Of a DNA stretch of 64,000 nt, positions 56,146 through 64,000 are shown piece after piece (the first letter of the stretch is position 1; each line of letters opens with the position of its first letter). This stretch comes from a virus. Its lineage: Duplodnaviria > Caudoviricetes. The notes beneath the pieces were generated by a model that saw only the letters and a program-made list of their open reading frames with translations, did no database searches and had not been told where the DNA came from. The stretch lies in IMG/VR virus record IMGVR_UViG_3300037067_012588. The stretch is one strand, 5' to 3'. Made by a program: the position numbers and the translations under genes.

Positions 56146-56187
56146 TACCAATACATCGTCCGAGAAAGGAAAAACTCAGCGTGAAAA
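56146..56187 (-). promoter_or_regulatory. GGACGAT promoter-like repeat, copy 11
   Basis: GGACGATGTAT core. Confidence 0.5.
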
Positions 56188-57159
56188 TCACTTTTCCTTT
56201 GGAGGATACGGAATAACCTGCCCGTCTGTCCAACCAGTCGCCTTCTCTTCCCGCTTGGCAAAGCGAAGTTTGGACTTGGCGCACAATATCTTCAACAGCG
56301 GACGGTGTTCGGCAACCAAATCACTCTCGTGAATATCAGCCGCCTCAAACCAGCGCAGCTCGAAAATGTCATCATCGGGTGTCGGGATACCAAACGTGTG
56401 CTCAGCCTCGAACAAACACGTCATAATCTTGTCCATCTCCCGACGATACCGCCAATCATCAACAATATGGCTGCCAAGAAATTGCGGCTCGCTGATTTCG
56501 ATATGAGCTTCTTCCTGAACCTCACGACGTGCCGAGACCTCCAGCGTCTCGCACTGGACGAACCCACCAATGAATCGGAAAAGGGTTTCCTCTTTCTTCC
56601 GAGCCATCAGAAGCCTCTTGTGGTCTGTATCCCAGATTGCGACATCAATCGTCGGGATACTGCGAGGGTATTGATTGTATGCCGCCCAGATTACACCCGC
56701 ACGAAACAACGGGTCAGCCTTGACTTCGGTGCTGATTTTGGTACGAATCTCAGCACCACTGATATAGGATTCCTGTTCAAGTTCGCATGTCGAATACCGC
56801 CCCGTATACCCATCAATGCACGATTCCCGACCGCCATAAATGACGACCGTTTTGCCGGGTCCAACAAGGTCACTGATTTGGCTGTCGAGACTCTTGCTCC
56901 AAACTTCATCACGGGCAACATCCTTGATATAGAGGACATTGGCCGTGGGAAACTGGTCAAGAATCATTTGCTTGCGACTCTCGAAGTCGAGAGGGTTGTT
57001 TCGGGTAACACGGCACGGGGAAAGCCCAAGAAAAATGAGAACCTTGCTATGGGCTTTGACAACAGAACCGATGAGGTTGAGGTGAGCTTCGTGAAGGTCG
57101 TCGACTTGGAACCTGCCGACTAAAACACCAACATCTGCCTTGGGCAGTTTTGGTTGCAT
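56188..57159 (-). CDS. nadM: bifunctional NMN adenylyltransferase / Nudix (NadM-Nudix)
   Basis: GRFQ...LHEAH, NPL.F..R..MI, ISG.EIR, Nudix GGF...RE..EE. Confidence 0.9.
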   Translation of the reverse strand: MQPKLPKADVGVLVGRFQVDDLHEAHLNLIGSVVKAHSKVLIFLGLSPCRVTRNNPLDFESRKQMILDQFPTANVLYIKDVARDEVWSKSLDSQISDLVGPGKTVVIYGGRESCIDGYTGRYSTCELEQESYISGAEIRTKISTEVKADPLFRAGVIWAAYNQYPRSIPTIDVAIWDTDHKRLLMARKKEETLFRFIGGFVQCETLEVSARREVQEEAHIEISEPQFLGSHIVDDWRYRREMDKIMTCLFEAEHTFGIPTPDDDIFELRWFEAADIHESDLVAEHRPLLKILCAKSKLRFAKREEKATGWTDGQVIPYPPKEK

Positions 57160-57359
57160 CTTTCTTCTCCTTGCGCCATTGCATCATTGCATCAGACGGA
57201 AACGGATTGGATAACGCCACAAAAATGTCTGTACCTTTTGGTCTTACATTCTGTCTCTCCTTGCAAAAACCCACTACCTATCGCAGTCTTTGGGTACTGA
57301 ATACACCATTGTTATACGGTTCAACGAACAAAAGCAAACGAAAAATCGAATTTTTTATT

Positions 57360-57545
57360 TCAGATTCGAAAAAGTTTTCTGGCGACAGCCATTAGTCGCC
57401 CAAGCCAACCAGAGTCACAACCAATTGCCCTTTCCACCTCATAAGGACAGCCTTCATCCGACAAAAAGCAGAACTTTTCGTTGGGAGTTTTCGGCGCAGA
57501 AGACGTAAGCGCCAGATATTTCTCACAGGTTTTCGGGCAGCCCAT
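57360..57545 (-). CDS. CPY subfamily (CPKxC type), short
   Basis: CPKTC...PN..C...CPYEVER. Confidence 0.65.
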   Translation of the reverse strand: MGCPKTCEKYLALTSSAPKTPNEKFCFLSDEGCPYEVERAIGCDSGWLGRLMAVARKLFRI

Positions 57546-58017
57546 CCTGAATCTTTCCGTGCTGTTCGCACTTGTCAAACACTACGCCAAATTGCCCATA
57601 GTGTCCATTCTCATCCTTGATGTTGTACTCTTCATTTCCCTTCATGGAACGGAACCTCAAGCCTGACTCGACAACCATGACCCCAGACCTCTTGCACTCT
57701 GAGCAGCGATAGAAAGCCCCGCCTTCGGCAACAACATCCTCTTCCTGTTTGGTTAGCAACTCACATGCCGTACAAAGCTCTGGATTCGGAATTCTTTCTC
57801 CTTCGAGGATATGCCTTCCAAGAACCTCGATGAGTGTCGCACCGCATCCGCATTTTGACGTAACCTCAGCCCCGTAGACGAACGCCTGACAGTTTGGACA
57901 CTGAACGACCAAGCTACGCCTCGACAACGCAACCACACGCCTCACAACCTTCCCGCAGCGGCGACAAAACGTTGGATGCTTACTTGAGCCATCCGATTCG
58001 TTAATAATGACCTTCAT
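57523..58017 (-). CDS. multi-Zn-ribbon protein
   Basis: several CxxC pairs. Confidence 0.7.
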   Translation of the reverse strand: MKVIINESDGSSKHPTFCRRCGKVVRRVVALSRRSLVVQCPNCQAFVYGAEVTSKCGCGATLIEVLGRHILEGERIPNPELCTACELLTKQEEDVVAEGGAFYRCSECKRSGVMVVESGLRFRSMKGNEEYNIKDENGHYGQFGVVFDKCEQHGKIQDGLPENL

Positions 58018-58247
58018 TTGTTCTCCTGCGAAACAACATGCTCTGTTTCAAACAAACACCATTTTGGAGGAGCCTCATTGATCTTTACTCCATCTTGAGA
58101 CGAAAGAGAACGGCAATACACAACACCATTCTTCCACGCCACCTCATCAAGCTTTTCCCATTTCCGAAACCTACAAACATCATTGCCAAACACTTGCTTG
58201 CCTGATTTTTGGAGAATGCACAGCTTACAGATCCCTTTGTTCAGCAC
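58014..58247 (-). CDS. CPxxxEH family
   Basis: KGICKLC...GVVYC...CLFETEHVVSQ. Confidence 0.8.
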   Translation of the reverse strand: MLNKGICKLCILQKSGKQVFGNDVCRFRKWEKLDEVAWKNGVVYCRSLSSQDGVKINEAPPKWCLFETEHVVSQENK

Positions 58248-58530
58248 TCTGATTCTCCTGCGCAATAACGTGCTCAGTCTCAAAAGGACACCAATCTGGC
58301 GTGCCAAAGAAAATCCTTGTTGCCCTTGACTCTTCGGCGGCGTCTGTAAGAAGAAATCCTTTTATCCTATCGTCAAATCGACACCGAACAATCCCATGAC
58401 TCCACGCAACATCATCGTCTACACCCCAACCCTTGAATCTGCATACCTTGTCCATCAAAGCAATATCACCGCAAGCGAGTTTGCCTGCCGACATTTCGAT
58501 ACATTTTTTACAAACCTCTTTGCTCAGCAT
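58225..58530 (-). CDS. CPxxxEH family
   Basis: KEVCKKC...GIVRC...CPFETEH. Confidence 0.8.
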   Translation of the reverse strand: MLSKEVCKKCIEMSAGKLACGDIALMDKVCRFKGWGVDDDVAWSHGIVRCRFDDRIKGFLLTDAAEESRATRIFFGTPDWCPFETEHVIAQENQSAEQRDL

Positions 58531-58832
58531 TTTTTGCCTTCAGATACAATGTGCTCAGTGGCATATGGACAATGACTCGGTGGCTCGTCCCAAGATTTTG
58601 CCCTCTGAACGCAGCCACTGTCTGGACAAACAATCCGACAACGCACCTCGCCAAATCTCCACGTTCTTTCGTCATCGTTGTTCCATTTGGTCAGAAAGGC
58701 ATTTCTCAACCCAGAAAGGTTAACGAATCCTTGGTCGCCAGTCCACTTCGAAAGGTCTTTCAAAGTGTTGTCATCCAGTCCTTTTTCACAGTATAGGTTT
58801 ACACAGGCAATACAAATGTCCTTGTTCAGCAT
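58524..58832 (-). CDS. CPxxxEH family
   Basis: KDICIAC...GEVRC...CPYATEH. Confidence 0.8.
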   Translation of the reverse strand: MLNKDICIACVNLYCEKGLDDNTLKDLSKWTGDQGFVNLSGLRNAFLTKWNNDDERTWRFGEVRCRIVCPDSGCVQRAKSWDEPPSHCPYATEHIVSEGKKC

Positions 58833-58885
58833 GTTGTCCTCCGTCCTATTCTATCATTATACGACGGAAAGACTGATTCACAATA

Positions 58886-60016
58886 TCAATTCCTCATCAC
58901 TGCCTGAACAAGAAGAGCATAAGAATAATTGTCCGAACTCTGGCAAAATACCAAACCAAGATTTGAAGATAAGGCAACTGTTGCAGGATATGCATTAGTC
59001 AATGAGTCCGTGAAGTTTGTCGAATAGAACCTCGTCTCCGATTTTGGGTTTTTGAAGTTTGAAAGGTAAACTGGAAGATTTGACACCCCTTGAGAAGCTA
59101 CAAAAAAGTATGAATTATCAAATGAAGACACCGATGAATAATTCGCTATTGGATAATCAAACGAACCGTAATGCGTCTCATCTTGAACTATTGTTTTATC
59201 TCCAGCGATGTCTACGAAATTAAACGACAGAGAATTAGTATTTGAATGAATATACATATAACGGGTGAGAGACACTTGCGCAACTTTACGCATATATGTA
59301 TATCCAACTCCATTTTGTGAAAAATAATTCAACGTATATGGATTGAATGTTGTTCCCGACAAACCCACAACTTGGAAACCACGATAGTAGTTGCTCCCAG
59401 ACGTGAAAACAATTCCCAACAAATACTCATTCGTTCCACAGTTGTATATCTCACCACTGTTGCAGTTTGTCATCAATGATGTGATATTTGTATTTGTTTC
59501 TGCCGCCAGAGTTATGACATTCCCAGAAACATTGAAAAGCTGAAGATATTGACCAGTATAATTCTGATTTCCAGAATATAACATAAACTGGGTTGACGAT
59601 GTAGCAACGGAATCATGAATAGTGCTGGGAACAAGAGTTGCCAAACCTGAATATGTTGTCCCCGCTGTAATTGTGTTTGTTGATACATTGAGAACACAAT
59701 AGTATGACGTATATGACACCATCCAAGAAATAACAGCTTTCGTATCTGTTATACGAACAAGAGATATTTCTGAGATATTCGAACCTCCTGCTACTGTAAA
59801 TTGTGCCCCAAGAGTAATCGTTGCCCCATTTGTATAAACGATTCGAGCATATATACCATATGGACTCGAACCATATGAATACGCAATAATGGCTCGACTT
59901 GCAGATAATCGGCAAGGTTTCGAAAATGTGATATAACTATTTGAAGTGACAATAGTCTTTGCCGCCATCACCATACCGTTTCCAGCGACATATTTTGGTA
60001 TTCGATTTTGAATCAT
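58886..60016 (-). CDS. S/T/Y/N-rich beta-propeller-like putative virion protein
   Basis: MIQNRIPKY start; repeated LS.TR.I and VSGN.IT strands. Confidence 0.75.
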   Translation of the reverse strand: MIQNRIPKYVAGNGMVMAAKTIVTSNSYITFSKPCRLSASRAIIAYSYGSSPYGIYARIVYTNGATITLGAQFTVAGGSNISEISLVRITDTKAVISWMVSYTSYYCVLNVSTNTITAGTTYSGLATLVPSTIHDSVATSSTQFMLYSGNQNYTGQYLQLFNVSGNVITLAAETNTNITSLMTNCNSGEIYNCGTNEYLLGIVFTSGSNYYRGFQVVGLSGTTFNPYTLNYFSQNGVGYTYMRKVAQVSLTRYMYIHSNTNSLSFNFVDIAGDKTIVQDETHYGSFDYPIANYSSVSSFDNSYFFVASQGVSNLPVYLSNFKNPKSETRFYSTNFTDSLTNAYPATVALSSNLGLVFCQSSDNYSYALLVQAVMRN

Positions 60017-60027
60017 CTTTCACTCCC

Positions 60028-61263
60028 CTACAAAGCACGCAAAATTTTGAGAGTATACTCGGAAGTGCCACTATAGCTTGCCGAGTTCTCTATCACCGCA
60101 AGACCCAATGACAGCGTGTGTATTCTTCTCATATAGGGATAAGTCGAATAGGCATTCTGATAAAGATAGTCATAATTAGAAGGCCCATAACATTTGTTCG
60201 GGCTAGTCGCTCCAAAACCATAGGCCTGAAGTGTACTCGAAGCACCATTGTTCAAACCACCGACAAGAAAACACTGCTCTTGGCTCCAACTTCCCATAAG
60301 AATTGGAAATGATGTGTTAACATAAAGAGAATTTGCCCAATTACTCATTGAAAGCCATGTTGCTGGATTTGACCATGTTCCCGTCCAATACATCTTCACC
60401 ACGTCACCAACAATTCGGAACATCGTATATTGGTTCGCATAGAAACCGAAAAACTTATCATCTGCCACCTGATATATTTCGAAGTTCGGAGCAACATAGG
60501 TTGATGAATAAAAATACCCATTCGGGTCTGGAGAATTTGTCGCAGAAGCAGATACAGTATCACCAGACACCGTTACAAAAGCCTGATATGGTGCCGCAAA
60601 AACAGAAATCCTCCCATCCCACATTCTGATAACACGCATAGCCTCAGACATGGCGTAAGAATAATGAGAGATAATTGCAACCTCAGAACCTATTCTCGTA
60701 ATGACATTCGTTGCTATATTGAAGAGCTGACAACGAATAATCATAGATGAGTCGAGCCAAACAACAAGAACCCTGGTCGCAGAAAGAGGAATTGCATGCA
60801 GATAAGAGTTTGTTCCCGTCGTCATAGACCATGGATAATTCGTCGCAACAGGAGTCGTCGTGTTGCCGCTTGAGTTGATGATGTTTGTATTGAGGGTCGT
60901 CCCAACAAACCAACAGGAAAAAACCTTGTTATTTGTCACAGCACAAGACCCACAATAGCTTCCTGGTAAAGTCGAACTTGCTGAAAGTGTTACTGGAGTA
61001 CCATATGTTATTGTTGTCGGTGTAATTGTATACATTTGACCATACGGTATATACGTCGAAGAACCATTTTGTCTTCCATATATCGCCATGAGTTGTGAGT
61101 TACTCATCCTCAGAGTATAAGCTGTTCCTCCTTGCCCCATATGTCCTGGTCCGGCAGCCGGAGTTGCATAATAATTGTTACCACTGGAGCTAGTTATAAC
61201 TGACTTAACTCCCCATGACAACTGAGGACGAAAAACATATTTTGGTGTTCTGCTTATCTGCAT
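60028..61263 (-). CDS. S/T/Y/N-rich beta-propeller-like putative virion protein
   Basis: MQISRTPKY start; LSATRVLVVW. Confidence 0.75.
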   Translation of the reverse strand: MQISRTPKYVFRPQLSWGVKSVITSSSGNNYYATPAAGPGHMGQGGTAYTLRMSNSQLMAIYGRQNGSSTYIPYGQMYTITPTTITYGTPVTLSASSTLPGSYCGSCAVTNNKVFSCWFVGTTLNTNIINSSGNTTTPVATNYPWSMTTGTNSYLHAIPLSATRVLVVWLDSSMIIRCQLFNIATNVITRIGSEVAIISHYSYAMSEAMRVIRMWDGRISVFAAPYQAFVTVSGDTVSASATNSPDPNGYFYSSTYVAPNFEIYQVADDKFFGFYANQYTMFRIVGDVVKMYWTGTWSNPATWLSMSNWANSLYVNTSFPILMGSWSQEQCFLVGGLNNGASSTLQAYGFGATSPNKCYGPSNYDYLYQNAYSTYPYMRRIHTLSLGLAVIENSASYSGTSEYTLKILRAL

Positions 61264-61277
61264 TATGACCTCCTGAC

Positions 61278-61305
61278 AAAAAAGGATGACGGAAACCCGT
61301 CATCC
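61278..61305 (-). terminator. intrinsic terminator
   Basis: GGATGACGG/CCGTCATCC 9-bp stem plus T6 on minus strand. Confidence 0.8.
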
Positions 61306-61337
61306 CTTGTCAATTATCAGAAAAAAGTTTACCCGTG

Positions 61338-61574
61338 TCACTCTTGTGGCTTTTTCACAATCTTCCCGCACCGCACACAGACATCGTATTCATATGTCTT
61401 GGTAATATCATGGGCGTTCAACAACTTCTGAATGTCGTTCAAGCTCCCAGTTACTCGTTGAATCTTGATATTACCAATGGGACTCTGAACATCTTTCTCT
61501 GAATACCGTGCCTCAAATTTGTGCCCAAGCAACGCACCAATGATACCACGGCAACCTTCATCTTCAATCGTCAT
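61338..61574 (-). CDS. small phage protein
   Basis: LLGHKF...CVRCGK. Confidence 0.65.
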   Translation of the reverse strand: MTIEDEGCRGIIGALLGHKFEARYSEKDVQSPIGNIKIQRVTGSLNDIQKLLNAHDITKTYEYDVCVRCGKIVKKPQE

Positions 61575-61797
61575 CTTCAATCTCCTGATAATCTTCACAT
61601 ACTCCGCCACCCTCTGGATGAATCGGGCTACGTCTCTGCTTCCCGTTCAGCATCCCGCCAATAACCCATTCTCCATCCTTGCAGAAGGTACACTCAAATA
61701 TGTGCCCAGATGCCGAACTACCCATACAAACAAAGCCATCAAAACCATCACACCTTGTTTGCCAAAAGCACCACGGGACTGCGTTTTCCTTCGTCAT
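61564..61797 (-). CDS. small Cys-rich protein
   Basis: ATGA overlap with thyX. Confidence 0.6.
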   Translation of the reverse strand: MTKENAVPWCFWQTRCDGFDGFVCMGSSASGHIFECTFCKDGEWVIGGMLNGKQRRSPIHPEGGGVCEDYQEIEDDD

Positions 61798-63269
61798 TGA
61801 TATACCTCGATATCGTCAAACAATGGCTTCGCCCATACAAGAAGCTGCTTGTGAATCATCTCACAAACCTCCCGAATCTGAGGATGCGCTGCCTTGGATG
61901 TGCGAAGCTTCATGATGTGCCGCCACTCACGAGCATTCGTCGTAACAACGAGCTCAGTCTTCAAACACGTCGGTAACACAGAACGTGCAATTTGTGGCGT
62001 ACAACCACGATCAAGCATATCACCATATAAAACCTCTGCTTGAGACATAGCTTCGCCCCAAACCCAAGAAGCCTCCTCGCAATTTACTGGAAACGGAGGA
62101 ACAATACACTGAACACGACCAACACCACAATCACGAAGCTCTATTGGACGCCCAATTGCTCTTAAAGCCCTTGATGTTTTTTCTGGATGACCGTATGGCC
62201 AATTGAAGTTCGAATACATCTTTTCACAAAGATGTTTTGCCCTAGAAGGAGTGCAAACACTAATCCTCCACAAATCGTCACAGCCGTGAACCTTGACAAC
62301 AGAGCAAGTGTTTCCAAACTCTTTCTCTAAGAAACCGGCAATATGGCCAATCAAGAACTTGTTCCCATTCCAACAAATATTTACAGACTCTGTTTTTCCT
62401 TGGTTTTTCTGCTCAAAAAACCGAAGACTACCATCACCATCCAAAAGACCACGCATAAAATCAAGCCTGAAGTCTCTGACACTTTCCCACAAACTACCAA
62501 CCTCTTCCTCTGACCACTCAAAAGACTTCCTTGGCCGAATGCCGTGACGATACAAATCTTCCCATAACTCTTTGGATGTTATAGTATATTGTTTACAAGA
62601 TCCATCTTTGTACCCAGACACTTGTGGGTGTATAAAGTCAGAAACAAATTGTTTTATAAACCATCCATCTTTTTGTGTTATGGATAATGATTGCCCATTA
62701 TCTCTCATTGACCCATCTGCTGCAAACATCCCAAGAAACCAAGCCTTTTCTGGACTATCTATAACACTCATGAAATCGTGAATAACTTTTCCATGATTGT
62801 TCTTTGACCTGATACTTACTCCTCCCTCAATCAATGCATTCCGAACATCCCACTCTGTCATGATTCCATTACTTATCTCTGAAATCTTTCTCATTGAAAG
62901 ACCATCTTCATAGAGCTTGCAAACAGTCTCCTCGTTGAATGCAATAACCTTGTCTTTGTAACGAACATACCTTGTCGACTCCTGCGCAAAACTCGGAATA
63001 CGGTGGCGAACGAACTCGTGCGTCACGCCCCTGTCTGTGATGATATGAAAGCTCGCCGAAACATGCTCGATCATCGCAGTATGGTCACGTTCGACAAGAC
63101 CACGAACAAACTTCTCAGCACGCTCACGACAAGCTGGACACTTCCCATCTTTGCATTCGCACGTCATTTTTTCTTCGGACTTGTAACAAACACGACCGAT
63201 ACGCTCAATCGTGAAGATTGGCTCTTCTGTGGCCCAAATCAAACTGACTGACGGCTCAACAATCTTCAT
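61794..63269 (-). CDS. thyX: FAD-dependent thymidylate synthase with in-frame endonuclease insertion
   Basis: H.AMIEH, RHRIPSFAQESTRY, ARSVLP, NAREWRH, AHPQIRE. Confidence 0.9.
   Translation of the reverse strand: MKIVEPSVSLIWATEEPIFTIERIGRVCYKSEEKMTCECKDGKCPACRERAEKFVRGLVERDHTAMIEHVSASFHIITDRGVTHEFVRHRIPSFAQESTRYVRYKDKVIAFNEETVCKLYEDGLSMRKISEISNGIMTEWDVRNALIEGGVSIRSKNNHGKVIHDFMSVIDSPEKAWFLGMFAADGSMRDNGQSLSITQKDGWFIKQFVSDFIHPQVSGYKDGSCKQYTITSKELWEDLYRHGIRPRKSFEWSEEEVGSLWESVRDFRLDFMRGLLDGDGSLRFFEQKNQGKTESVNICWNGNKFLIGHIAGFLEKEFGNTCSVVKVHGCDDLWRISVCTPSRAKHLCEKMYSNFNWPYGHPEKTSRALRAIGRPIELRDCGVGRVQCIVPPFPVNCEEASWVWGEAMSQAEVLYGDMLDRGCTPQIARSVLPTCLKTELVVTTNAREWRHIMKLRTSKAAHPQIREVCEMIHKQLLVWAKPLFDDIEVYQ
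62118..62948 (-). mobile_element. HTH + double LAGLIDADG homing endonuclease inserted in thyX (approximate bounds)
   Basis: AWFLGMFAADGS and FMRGLLDGDGS; no Hint motifs. Confidence 0.8.
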
Positions 63270-63494
63270 TCACTCGCCTCCTAACAAGACATGTTCTGTA
63301 ACGTAAGGACAATAACTCGGAACCTCACTCGTTCTGGTAATTTTACCATTCGGGCAACGAACAATACCTTTCGCCCAAGTTTCCTCATCCCTTGGACATT
63401 TCAGAGAACCCCAAGGAACTGGAGTTTTTTCTCTTCCAGTATTCGTAATAGCCATACAAGCCTTGCAAATCCTCTTCGATAAAACGCAACTCAT
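63270..63494 (-). CDS. CPxxxEH family
   Basis: KRICKAC...GIVRCP...CPYVTEH. Confidence 0.8.
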   Translation of the reverse strand: MSCVLSKRICKACMAITNTGREKTPVPWGSLKCPRDEETWAKGIVRCPNGKITRTSEVPSYCPYVTEHVLLGGE

Positions 63495-63694
63495 TCTGAA
63501 ACGACATGTTCAAGTAAAAATGGACACCAGTCTTTTAGTTTCTTGTCCACGTGATATCCCTCATCACCAACATGAGGCTTATGCGGACAACTCACAAGGC
63601 CTCTTCTCCATAAATCATCAAACACAATCTGCGAGAACTCTGGGTTCACCTTCTTCTGACAAAGCATACACAATGAACGGTTAGCGATTGTCAT
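63491..63694 (-). CDS. CPxxxEH family
   Basis: LCMLC...GLVSCP...CPFLLEH. Confidence 0.8.
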   Translation of the reverse strand: MTIANRSLCMLCQKKVNPEFSQIVFDDLWRRGLVSCPHKPHVGDEGYHVDKKLKDWCPFLLEHVVSE

Positions 63695-63707
63695 TTTATT
63701 TGTCTTG

Positions 63708-64000
63708 TTAAGAAACAGGAACTATCATTTTTCCAGTTCCACTACAGGATGAACAACACACGTTTCCATACCCAACCGACATACCGTAAACCAGCCCATA
63801 TCCAGAACAAGCAACACAAGGAACCTCTCTCAAGGGAACAATTTTCCCATCAACTTTTGATATCCTCTTTTTTTCTTCTTCGAACATCGGAGTGAAAGTA
63901 TCTTTCTCAAAAGAAATATCTGTTCCGCAAACTTCTGAGTCTTTGTTCTGAGTGGAAAAATCTTCGGCATCTCTGAGAAAACGCCATACAAAAGAACCAG
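63708..64000 (-). CDS. partial protein with DnaJ-type Zn finger
   Basis: hand-translated CVACSGYG...CSSCSGTG; open to window edge. Confidence 0.6.
   Translation of the reverse strand, partial: GSFVWRFLRDAEDFSTQNKDSEVCGTDISFEKDTFTPMFEEEKKRISKVDGKIVPLREVPCVACSGYGLVYGMSVGYGNVCCSSCSGTGKMIVPVS

Noticed and set aside
57225-57250. NrtR operator upstream of nadM
   Set aside because: The palindrome is imperfect and does not fit the GT-N7-AC spacing; kept only as a weak lead.
62118-62948. Canonical intein in thyX
   Set aside because: No block A nucleophile or terminal HN-[CST] is visible; reported as an intein-less insertion instead.

Overview
Segment of a large (probably jumbo) lytic bacteriophage genome: about 150 short, tightly packed genes, almost all on the minus strand, with AGGAG Shine-Dalgarno sites and ATGA/GTGA overlaps. 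No tRNA, rRNA or CRISPR array was seen. The dominant feature is a hugely expanded, hypervariable family of Cys-rich microproteins (54 copies counted by eye; CxxC...C...C-P-[YF]-x-x-E-[HQR]). It occurs as single-domain, tandem two-domain, membrane-anchored and beta-helix-fused forms, concentrated at 8.8-11.2 kb and 13.7-30 kb. Recognisable enzymes: tyrosine phosphatase, NT5C-type HAD nucleotidase, DNA methyltransferase, dNMP kinase, dCMP deaminase, thermonuclease, ADP-ribosylglycohydrolase (needs a -1 shift at GGGAAAG), an NAD cluster (NadV, NAD kinase, NadM-Nudix, two Nudix hydrolases), a split RlmN-like radical SAM enzyme lacking the resolving Cys, and ThyX with an in-frame LAGLIDADG endonuclease that has no intein motifs. 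Non-coding structure: an 11-copy GGACGAT promoter-like motif, a 3-copy ~95-bp element, several promoter-hairpin leaders, and a sharp local G/C-skew inversion with tandem repeats at ~13.5 kb (candidate origin or terminus). All calls come from motif reading; no database searches were run. Start codons were trimmed from the ORF track where RBS or overlap evidence supported it.
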